A DNA stretch of 63,827 nucleotides, the filler included, from Octopus bimaculoides (lineage: Eukaryota): NCBI RefSeq assembly GCF_001194135.2. It is 11 parts of 9 records of this genome, joined end to end, with 100 filler letters (N's around TTAATTAATTAA, not from the genome) between each part and the next. Parts side by side here need not be neighbours in the genome. Positions count along the whole stretch, not along the records: positions 49,260 to 55,057 come from NC_069007.1; positions 55,158 to 57,593 come from NC_068999.1; positions 57,694 to 62,613 come from NC_068994.1; positions 62,714 to 63,827 come from NC_068999.1; 7 more parts are not named here. One strand, 5' to 3'. The notes under the pieces were generated by a model. That model saw only the letters and a program-made list of their open reading frames with translations. It did not search any database and was not told the DNA's origin. Below are positions 52,922 through 63,827 of the stretch, piece after piece (the first letter of the stretch is position 1; each line of letters opens with the position of its first letter). The translations under genes and the position numbers were made by a program.

Positions 52922-53107
52922 CAGGTGGTGGGCCAAAAGTCATGCACCAAAACATCTGACAATTACTATCATTGTTCATCGTGCACCAGCATCATTCATC
53001 ATTATTTTATTTGTTTTATTCAATATTAGGAATAACTGAAGCCGGACTTCTTTGACAAGTCCGGAGTACACTGAGCTTATATTGTGCGTGACTTTTGGCC
53101 GACCCTG
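52922..53107. mobile_element. Tc1/mariner-type MITE, 186 bp
   Basis: TIRs CAGG(T)GGTGGGCCAAAAGTCATGCAC / GTGCGTGACTTTTGGCCGACCCTG flanked by TA on both sides. Internal hairpin CCGGACTT-N7-AAGTCCGG at 53042-53064. Confidence 0.8.
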
Positions 53108-53345
53108 TATATATTCTTTTATTTTTTTTTTACATATTTATATATTTATATATAGCAAAGATTATTTGCCAACATAACGTGGCAGTCCCAGTTGGGATGA
53201 ATGTTACTGTTATTTAACCCCAGGAAACAACATCTTCAACTGGCTATACGACGCACAATCTGTGTCTTTATATTTTCAAACAGGGGACCCTAACATTTAG
53301 AAATAATAATTTTTCTATTTATTTACACACACACACACACACACT

Positions 53346-53730
53346 TAGTGGAGGTGCAATGGCCCAGTGGTTAGGGCAGTGAACTCACGGTCATAGGATC
53401 ATGGTTTCAATTCCCAGACTGGACGTTGTGAGTATTTACTGAGTGAAAACACCTAAAGCTCCACGAGGCTCCGGCAGGGGATGGTGGCGAACCCTGCTGT
53501 ACTCTTTCACCACAACTTTCTCTCACTCTTACTTCCTGTTTCTGTTGTGCCTGTAATTCAAAGGGTCAGCCTTGTCACACAATGTGTCACGCTGAATATC
53601 TCCGAGAACTACATTAAGGGTACATGTGTCTGTGGAGTGCTCAGCCACTTGCACATTAATTTCACAAGCATGCTGTCCCATTGACCGGATCAACTGGAAC
53701 CCTTGTCGTCGTAACCGATGGAATGCCACG
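53346..53730 (+). mobile_element. tRNA-derived SINE family A, full length, CpG-decayed
   Basis: Same body as 190-557 with several CG>TG/CA changes. Confidence 0.9.
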
Positions 53731-53756
53731 ATATACACTTATATGCAATTAAGTCT

Positions 53757-53843
53757 ATGTCTGGTCATAGGATAACCAATGGTTTTACATCCATAAAGGG
53801 CCTACCCCCATGTGAAACCATTGGTCACTCTATGACCAGATAT
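53757..53843. repeat. Imperfect 34-bp-arm palindrome (hairpin MITE-like)
   Basis: Arm 53757-53790 pairs with arm 53810-53843 across a 19-nt loop. Confidence 0.75.
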
Positions 53844-54104
53844 TGACCGAGCTGCATATCAATACATAACTGCTCTATACTTAAGAGTGTGCTTCTTTTT
53901 CGGATATATGATACATTGGCACACACACATACAGACACACACACACGACTGTTCCCGAATGGCATACCTCACCGGGTGATTCCACTTGTTGTGTCTGTCC
54001 TCTACTTATTTGTGGTGGAACAGCCTACTTCTCTCACTTGGGGTGCCCTCCACAACATCGAAAAATACCTTAGGAATGAGAACCCAGGTTCGAAATTTCC
54101 CCAA

Positions 54105-54151
54105 GACACCTGATGAAGGCTGGAAGGGTATATCAGCTGAAACGTTGTGTT
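54105..54151 (+). ncRNA. Minimal type I hammerhead ribozyme-like motif within a repeat
   Basis: GACAC-CUGAUGA-A-GGCUG(gaagggtatat)CAGCU-GAAA-CGU-U-GUGUU. Stem I GACAC/GUGUU, stem II GGCUG/CAGCU, palindromic ACGU stem III, NUH site GUU (cleavage after 54146). Confidence 0.65.
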
Positions 54152-55464
54152 AACAACAAACAAGATGAGGACAAATATCCGTGTGTGTGTGTGTGTGTAT
54201 GCATGTGTGTTACTGCATGTTGCATCTGCAGTCCCATATGATATAACTGTAAGGGTTGGTGATTGGAAGAGCATCTGGTCATAAAATTCGTATTAGAAAT
54301 AACTCACTCTCCTAACCCATGCCAGTATGGAAAAACAGATGTTAAACAGACAAACAAAAAAAAAAACCGAAACACTATATCAATATGCAGTTACATGTTT
54401 CGAGGGAGATTATGACCTATTATTAAATTGACACCAATCCTAATGCATAGCTTGTTCTTATTTCTGGAAATGATGAAAAGTAAATATGACCTTAGTGGAA
54501 ATAAAATATTTGAGTATCAATTGTTCTGGAAAAATTAAAAAATAATTTAAAAAATACCATAAAGGAAAGGAAAAGCAAAGGCAACATAAATGTGTTTCTT
54601 ATGACCAAATGGGTTTACTGCGTGACAAAACATAATTTGACAAATAAAGGGGTGAGTGGTATATATATATATAGTGAGAGAGAGAGAATGAGAGAAAGAG
54701 AGAGATAAATACATAGACAAATATGTGTATATATATATATGTACATACATATATACACATATACACACACAGACATATATATATATAAGGTGAGAGAGGG
54801 GGGAAGAGAGAGGGGGAGAAAGAAAAGAGGGGGAGAAAAAGAGAGAGGGGGAGAAAGAGAGAGAGGGGAGAAAGAGAAAGAGAGAGAGAGAGAGAAGCTT
54901 ATTAGATGGTTTTTTAAGATTAACTAAAGTGTTACGAAGGAGTGGAATACACAAGAAAGACATGGCTGGAATATGAGGTGGAGGGAGGGGGGGTGAAACA
55001 CAAGAATATTGTATTCATAATGATACTGTAACAAAAGAATAACGATGTTGCTATGGTNNNNNNNNNNNNNNNNNNNNNNNNNNNNNNNNNNNNNNNNNNN
55101 NTTAATTAATTAANNNNNNNNNNNNNNNNNNNNNNNNNNNNNNNNNNNNNNNNNNNNAGCCAGGTAGATAAATAAGCAGATAGATAAATAGATAGATAGG
55201 TAGATAGATAGGTAGATATATAGATAGTTAGATTGATAGACAGACAGAAAGAAAGCTAGCTAGCTAGATAGATAGATCAGAAAATAGACAGACAAAATGG
55301 ATAGATAGACAGATAGATAGATAGATAGACAAATAGACAGATAGGCAGATATACAGACGGGACACACAGAAAGATAGATGGGTTGATAAGAGTTGTGGAT
55401 GAATAAATAGATAGATGAATAGATATAGAGACAGGCTGACAGACAGAGAGACAGAGAGACAGAC

Positions 55465-55517
<53 letters not shown>

Positions 55518-56710
55518 TGTAGACAGATAGCCAGATAAAAAAGATAGACAGACATATAAACATGTCGGTATGCATGTATAACGGAACCAGGGAGTTAGCG
55601 TTTGAAGTTAGTTTGCATGTGTGATTTCTCTTCTGCGTTCTGAGACTTTATAAAAAATCTCAAAGACATTTACGATGTACGCACATCAAAAAAATATCAA
55701 AACTAACAACAAAAAATAAATATAATATAATATAATATAATATAATATAATATAATATATATATATATATATATATGAAATATAAATCATAATATGCATA
55801 AAGATGATCGCATATATATAAAATGCAGGATAGCAATTTTCATTTCTTTTCAAAGTTATGTTTATGTAAAATAATCTAAATATGAAAAGGAAAGGAGAAA
55901 AAAAAATGATGATTGAATCATCTGCTTTATGGAAGTACCCTTGTATATAAGTATTTATATAACTATATATATATATNNNNNNNNNNNNNNNNNNNNNNNN
56001 NNNNNNNNNNNNNNNNNNNNNNNNNNNNNNNNNNNNNNNNNNNNNNNNNNNNNNNNNNNNNNNNNNNNNNNNNNNNNNNNNNNNNNNNNNNNNNNNNNNN
56101 NNNNNNNNNNNNNNNNNNNNNNNNNNNNNNNNNNNNNNNNNNNNNNNNNNNNNNNNNNNNNNNNNNNNNNNNNNNNNNNNNNNNNNNNNNNNNNNNNNNN
56201 NNNNNNNNNNNNNNNNNNNNNNNNNNNNNNNNNNNNNNNNNNNNNNNNNNNNNNNNNNNNNNNNNNNNNNNNNNNNNNNNNNNNNNNNNNNNNNNNNNNN
56301 NNNNNNNNNNNNNNNNNNNNNNNNNNNNNNNNNNNNNNNNNNNNNNNNNNNNNNNNNNNNNNNNNNNNNNNNNNNNNNNNNNNNNNNNNNNNNNNNNNNN
56401 NNNNNNNNNNNNNNNNNNNNNNNNNNNNNNNNNNNNNNNNNNNNNNNNNNNNNNNNNNNNNNNNNNNNNNNNNNNNNNNNNNNNNNNNNNNNNNNNNNNN
56501 NNNNNNNNNNNNNNNNNNNNNNNNNNNNNNNNNNNNNNNNNNNNNNNNNNNNNNNNNNNNNNNNNNNNNNNNNNNNNNNNNNNNNNNNNNNNNNNNNNNN
56601 NNNNNNNNNNNNNNNNNNNNNNNNNNNNNNNNNNNNNNNNNNNNNNNNNNNNNNNNNNNNNNNNNNNNNNNNNNNNNNNNNNNNNNNNNNNNNNNNNNNN
56701 NNNNNNNNNN

Positions 56711-56787
<77 letters not shown>

Positions 56788-57343
56788 ATGTTCTTGTGTA
56801 TACGCGTGTCATTATCCACCCATGATGATATCCGCCTGGATAACGGTCTGAGACCGTGTTTTAAGTTAATTTGATGGTCACACACATGTACACATACGTA
56901 TAGCTCTATATATATATGTAGGTATATATGTAAGGAAGCTTCTTGATGAAAATATAGGGCATATGATTACAACTATATTTTCAGTGCTTGCATCTCCCTC
57001 TGTCAATTTGTCTGTGTCTGTGTGTGTATATATATATATATATGTAGGCATGTGTCTATATATGTGCATGTGTCTACGTAGATACACGCAGGGACGCGCA
57101 TACGTATAGTTGAAAGGCTGTCAGGTGGTGCATATGCGTTTATAGACTGACAGTAGATGGATACATATACGCTTGTACTCACATGGGTATAAGAACAGAA
57201 GTACATAGTTATACATATATTCATTACATACATACATACGTAAAAACATATATACCTGCATACATACACAAGGATATATATATATATAAGTATGCTTGAA
57301 TATATACATACATATGTACTTACATAGATACATGCATATATAC

Positions 57344-57395
<52 letters not shown>

Positions 57396-57428
57396 GTACT
57401 TATGCATGTATACATGTATATACACACC

Positions 57429-57476
<48 letters not shown>

Positions 57477-57693
57477 TATCTACATACATATATATATGTA
57501 TACATTGATACATACATACACACCCCATATGCAAGCATACACACACACACACACACACACATACACACACATATATATCTATATATCTATATANNNNNNN
57601 NNNNNNNNNNNNNNNNNNNNNNNNNNNNNNNNNNNNNTTAATTAATTAANNNNNNNNNNNNNNNNNNNNNNNNNNNNNNNNNNNNNNNNNNNN

Positions 57694-57727
<34 letters not shown>

Positions 57728-57750
57728 GGTTAGATAGATAGATAGATGGT

Positions 57751-57834
<84 letters not shown>

Positions 57835-58085
57835 CACCTGTATATGTGTGTGTGTGAGAGCGTGCGCACGGTTTTCAATCTTCTAAAATTTCATTCATAT
57901 ATGGATTACGCTTGCAACTAATCCGCTGGTTCCGAAAGCTTCCTCATTGATCGTACCTTATCTCTTCGTTTCAACATCCTCTCAGCCTGCTAACACTTCA
58001 TCTCTTGAGTTCCCTTAGGGATTCTGTTTCTGTTAAACAATGATTTTCTGAAGATCAACAACAGCTTCATGTGTACATAATTCGA

Positions 58086-58132
<47 letters not shown>

Positions 58133-59711
58133 CTCCTTCAGTGTACATGATGACTAGGGAATACCCAGAAATTCCTCCTGTATTGAAATTGAATAACATA
58201 TTTGGTGCTAACATACTGAACATTGCGAATCAGGAAATTACTATTATTATTATTGAGTGGGAGAGCAGTGCATGCCATCAAAGTGACACTGGGGTAAAAT
58301 ATACGAAGCCCATTATACCCATCATGACTACCCGTCTGATAAGGGTACACTAGGCACATGCATCACAACCATATGTGCGCAACATGGTGATCTCATATCA
58401 AGATAAACAGAGCATGACCTTGCAGGTGGGGCCCAGTTAGAATTTTCTTCAGGTAGAGTAGCCCATCCCGTTCAAAAGGTCCTTGAATAAGGGTTGTTTA
58501 AGGATGTTGAGCAAAACACCCATGTTTCCAATGGTGAATTATTCAAACCCCAAAGAATTCCTCTCCACACATGGNNNNNNNNNNNNNNNNNNNNNNNNNN
58601 NNNNNNNNNNNNNNNNNNNNNNNNNNNNNNNNNNNNNNNNNNNNNNNNNNNNNNNNNNNNNNNNNNNNNNNNNNNNNNNNNNNNNNNNNNNNNNNNNNNN
58701 NNNNNNNNNNNNNNNNNNNNNNNNNNNNNNNNNNNNNNNNNNNNNNNNNNNNNNNNNNNNNNNNNNNNNNNNNNNNNNNNNNNNNNNNNNNNNNNNNNNN
58801 NNNNNNNNNNNNNNNNNNNNNNNNNNNNNNNNNNNNNNNNNNNNNNNNNNNNNNNNNNNNNNNNNNNNNNNNNNNNNNNNNNNNNNNNNNNNNNNNNNNN
58901 NNNNNNNNNNNNNNNNNNNNNNNNNNNNNNNNNNNNNNNNNNNNNNNNNNNNNNNNNNNNNNNNNNNNNNNNNNNNNNNNNNNNNNNNNNNNNNNNNNNN
59001 NNNNNNNNNNNNNNNNNNNNNNNNNNNNNNNNNNNNNNNNNNNNNNNNNNNNNNNNNNNNNNNNNNNNNNNNNNNNNNNNNNNNNNNNNNNNNNNNNNNN
59101 NNNNNNNNNNNNNNNNNNNNNNNNNNNNNNNNNNNNNNNNNNNNNNNNNNNNNNNNNNNNNNNNNNNNNNNNNNNNNNNNNNNNNNNNNNNNNNNNNNNN
59201 NNNNNNNNNNNNNNNNNNNNNNNNNNNNNNNNNNNNNNNNNNNNNNNNNNNNNNNNNNNNNNNNNNNNNNNNNNNNNNNNNNNNNGATATTGAAGGCGCG
59301 TGGCTAAGCGGTTAGAGTATTCTACATACGGTCGTAAGGCCGTGAGTTCGATTCCAGGCGGCGCGTTGTGCTCTTGAGCAAGACACTTTATTCCACGTTG
59401 CTCCAATTCACTCAGCTTGCAAAAATGAGTTGTACCTGTAATTCAAAAGGGCCAGCCTTGTCACATTCAGTGCAACGTTGAATTTCTCTGAGATCTATGT
59501 TAAGGTTACGCATGTCTGTGGAGTACTCAGCCACTTGCACGTTATTTTCACGAGCTGACTGTTCCGTTGATCGCATCAACTGGAGCCCTCGTCGTCGTAA
59601 CCGACGGAGTGCCACTAAATATGTTAACACTAAATCAAATATTGATTCTTTTCTTTTTTTTCATGTAGATGACGTCTAGGAGCTAGTTATGTATTTGTGT
59701 TTATGTTTGTT

Positions 59712-59746
<35 letters not shown>

Positions 59747-60269
59747 GCTTGACAACCGGTGTAGCTTTGTTTACGTCCCCGTAAATCAGCGGCTCATCAA
59801 AAGAACCGAGAGAATAAGTATTAGACTTAAAAAATAAAATTTGGGAATCGATCTGTTGGATTAACCCTTCAAGGAAGTGCCCCAGCATGGCCGCAGTCCA
59901 GTGAATGGAACAAGTAAAACATAAAAAGAAAAGATAGAAAAATATAATAAATGGGATAGTCACAGCCAGAATGTCTTTGATCATTGGGTCACTCGAACAG
60001 GATTGACCTTGGGCTAAACAGTAGCACCAACCACGAAGTTATTTCTGCATGGTTTCTGGACTTGCAAGAAAAAACAACGAAATCTCCCTCAGATCACCCC
60101 TTAACCTCTTTAAAACAAAGAACACCTTGGATAATGTGGGCCCTTGATTCCCTAAACATGGGAAAAAAGACGGGATGGTCACAGCTGGAATGCTTTGGAC
60201 CATCGGTACATTCGATCAAAGCTGCCTTCTGGCAAAATAATTGTAACCTCTGCGATATAATTGGCTGTC

Positions 60270-60690
60270 GGATATAATTGGTTGTCGGGTAAATTCGTTC
60301 GTTTCTTCCCAATGTTATTTTAATTAGCACGAAAAATATTTTTACCGTCGTGTTTTGTTGGGGTTTTGTTGCTCTATTCTTCTGCCATAACTTTCGTTTA
60401 TCGTTTCGGAACTTTTCAGACATGTGACGATGGCATGCTAAATAGAAAACAAAAATGAGCATCTTTCGATAACTACTTCTCTTCGCTTTCTATAAAGTCT
60501 TCAGTGCTGCCAAAGCCACTCGAGACATTTGGGCTGTGTACGGAAAAGATGTTATTACTAAAAGCAAAAATGCACAGAAATGGTTGTTTTCACACTTCAA
60601 AGAAGAGAAATTCGACCTCACAAAATCTCTGCGTTCCAACCGATCTGTTCAGTTCAATAAGGATCGATTGGAAAAGCTCATCTTTTCAGA
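60270..60690 (+). mobile_element. Mariner 5' fragment (HTH region)
   Basis: LLLFAFYK.FSAAKATRDIWAVYGKDVI...QKW..HFKEEKFDL, homologous to the N-terminus of 41742-42107. Confidence 0.8.
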
Positions 60691-61999
60691 AATTGGCCCA
60701 GTAGATGGGATGCTCTCATGATATTGTTGCCCATCATCTTTATCCGATAGGTAAGGCCTGCCCAACTGGAACGATCTAACCGGAAGAAATACCGCTAAGC
60801 ATTTCGTCCAGGATGCTATCAATTCTCCCAGTTCGCCGCCTTCTTCAACCGTGCTATAAGACATTACGTCAGTTACGACGACAAGGGTTCCAGTTGATCC
60901 GATCAACGGAACAGCCNNNNNNNNNNNNNNNNNNNNNNNNNNNNNNNNNNNNNNNNNNNNNNNNNNNNNNNNNNNNNNNNNNNNNNNNNNNNNNNNNNNN
61001 NNNNNNNNNNNNNNNNCAGGTACGTAGATATATAGAAATGCAAGCACACAGGTTGACAAGCAGATAGATGGGAAAGGCGGTGAGCTGGCAGAAACGTTAG
61101 CACGCCGGGCAAAATGCTTAGCGGTATTTCTTCTGCCGTTACGTTCTGAGTTCAAATTCCGCCGAGGTCGACTTTGCCTTTCATCCTTTCGGGGTCGATA
61201 AATTAAGTACCAGTTACGCACCGGGGTCGATGTAATCGACTTAATCCCTTTGTCTGCCCTTTTTTTGTCCCCTCTATGTTTAGCCCCTTGTGGGCAATAA
61301 AGAAATAAGAATCGTTAGAACGCCGGACGAAATGCTTAGGAATATTTCGTCCAACTTTACGTTCTGAGTTCAAATTCCGCCGAAGTCGACTTTGCCTTTC
61401 ATTCCCTTCGTATTAGTTTCGTACTAGAGTCGACGTAATCGACTAGAACCTTCCCAGCGAAACTTCAGGCCTTGTACCTACAGTAGAAAAGGTTATTTGT
61501 AGCTTTCTCTGCTTCGAGGTCAACCGTTCCAAAAAAGCATGTGTGCCTATCTGTGTGGCGGGGTGTATGTGTGTGTGTTTGTGTTTGCAAACAATTCTTG
61601 ATACAGTCGCAACATCTGGTGAAAAATGTTCTTAAATTATGAATTACACTTAAAAATCTTTAAAAACAAAATAGAATGACAGGAACCTATTGGAAGGAAG
61701 TTTTTGTATTGTGTTAAGCGCGTTCACCGTTTTTGCAGCTTTTCAAACACACGTGTTATGCATAAATGCACACATACATACATACATACATACATACATG
61801 TGTGAGGGGTGCATGTGTGTGTTTGGTAGAACGAAGAGGAGAGATAGAATTCATACAATCTTGTAAGCGAAAGGATATATATTCTATAACGCCCTAGATA
61901 TATTGTGTTTAAAAGAAAAATAAAAGGGTTTTACCTGAAACGCTTTTACCCATAGTTCTGCTCGACCAGGGCTGATCTGATGCTAATAAGTGATAACAT

Positions 62000-62613
62000 T
62001 AACAACAGCAACAACAAAACAAACAACAACAACAACAGTACTAACATCAGCTAGGCACTACAACGATATCAAAAGCTATATTGCCTTCATCGTTCCTATT
62101 CACACTAACGCCATTACGATTCGGATGCAACCGCCGCTCTTAACAACTACACCCACGACCCCCACCAACTTCTACTAAAAGCACCACCACTACTACCATC
62201 ACTATCATCACAACACCTTCAACAGCACCATAATCAACAGTGTAGAAGCGCCTTTAACACCAACAACACAACCACCACCACCACCGCTACCATAACCTGT
62301 ACCACCAATACCATCATCACGACCAGCAGCATCATCAGTTACACCAGCACCACTACTAGCACCAACTTCACCATTACGACTACAACTTCACACCATCCCC
62401 ACCATCACCAAAATACCACCACCACCGACACGATCACCACCACTACCGCCGCGCCATCATCACCACCATCATTAATAACAAGGCTCCGCCACAAGTGCCA
62501 TTACTAACACTGCTACTACTATCACAACTACCACAACCACTAACACCGCCACTACAACCACTAGCACCACTACCACCACAACCACTACCACCACTACCAC
62601 TACAACCATTAGC
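62000..62613. repeat. Degenerate (ACC/ACT/CAC)n trinucleotide low-complexity tract
   Basis: Direct inspection; stops interrupt the Thr-rich frame. Confidence 0.85.
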
Positions 62614-63752
62614 NNNNNNNNNNNNNNNNNNNNNNNNNNNNNNNNNNNNNNNNNNNNTTAATTAATTAANNNNNNNNNNNNNNNNNNNNNNNNNNNNNNN
62701 NNNNNNNNNNNNNTCCAATCTATCTCAAACTCTCTCTCCTTTTGTCTTTCACATACTGAAAGTAACCTCATTATTTTGCCGACATTATTAATTAATTAAA
62801 TCTAACGCTGAACCTATAAATGTCGTTAGAGTTCTCATGTGATGAGTTCGGAAAGTCTATGAGGATATTTGATCTTATAAGCAGGTGATAGGCTGTGTGT
62901 GTGTGAGTGAGTGCATTTTAATGTGTGAACGTGTCCCTACCAATATGACAGCCATTATCTAACAATCTATGTATTCATCTAAGTTACAATCTACGGACGC
63001 ACGTACATATGTATGTATGTGTGTATGTATGTATGTACGTATGTATGTGCGCACGCTCATATGTATGTATGTACGTGTGTATGTATATACGCACGCTCTT
63101 ACATGTGTATGTACGTATCTATGTATGTATGTTTGTATGTACGACGCTCTTATGAATATATGTATGTATGTGTGTGCATGTATGTGTATGTATTACGCAC
63201 GCACAACGTACGTATGTATGTACGTACGCACGTATATATGTACGTATGTATGTATGTATGTATGTATGTATGTATGTACGCACGCCCGTAAGTACGTATG
63301 TATGTATGTTGTATGCATGCATATATGTATGTGTGCGTGGTTTTTTTTTTCTTTTTACTTTATTTTACGGATTCCATATTAGTAAGTTGATGTAGTTGCG
63401 GACATTGCGCAAGGATTGTCAGATTAGCTGTTGCTAAGATAAAAATACCCTCAGTGGCTGAGATAAGATTAAGAGTGACTTATCCAGTTTGCTTGTTTCT
63501 TTTATTCGAGTTCTAAGCAAATGCAGTTCCTGAAGTTACTTCCTGTTGTACGATTCTATATTTTGTTGAGATATACGATATTGCAGTGTTTAACAAGCCT
63601 TCTAAATTCTTGCCAATGTTCATTTCTGGGTTTTATTTTTAAAGTGATGTACATATGTAAATATGTGTTAGTCTCAGTGTGTGTGTGTAAGTGTGTGTAA
63701 ACATATATACATGTATAAACGTATATGCGCACATAATATTTATAAATATATG

Positions 63753-63827
<75 letters not shown>

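Noticed and set aside
61990-62613. Thr-rich mucin-like coding region
   Set aside because: Stops interrupt the Thr frame, no splice signals are evident, and it is a degenerate trinucleotide repeat.

Overview
AT-rich, microsatellite-laden eukaryotic (metazoan) DNA from a gappy draft assembly. The SINE and repeat content resembles a cephalopod (Octopus-like) genome; this is inference from pattern recognition, not a search. Nearly all ORFs in the supplied track are microsatellite, gap or TE artefacts. The only host gene I can identify with confidence is a minus-strand PNKD/glyoxalase-II-family metallo-beta-lactamase, seen as two clean exons (51064-51156, 49418-49504); its other exons are not visible and probably lie in N-gaps. 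Weaker minus-strand exon candidates of unidentified gene(s) are a signal-peptide exon (21920-21986), a 24-nt micro-exon (15405-15428), an exon starting at 14143, and a terminal exon (10704-10910). The rest is mobile DNA: several mariner copies, a hAT fragment, a nested stack at 22.7-30.3 kb (CR1-like LINE, solo LTR with a second LTR inside it, Gypsy LTR-PBS-gag, L1/Tx1 LINE), Dong/R4-like LINE fragments in (TAA)n tracts, RTE tails, many tRNA-derived SINEs and several foldback MITEs. The most notable sequence-level observation is a repeated element (54105-54151 +, 22316-22361 -) that folds as a minimal type I hammerhead ribozyme and at 22.3-22.6 kb forms a head-to-head foldback. No CRISPR, rRNA or genuine tRNA gene was found. 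I found no convincing evidence of a wholly new multi-gene system.
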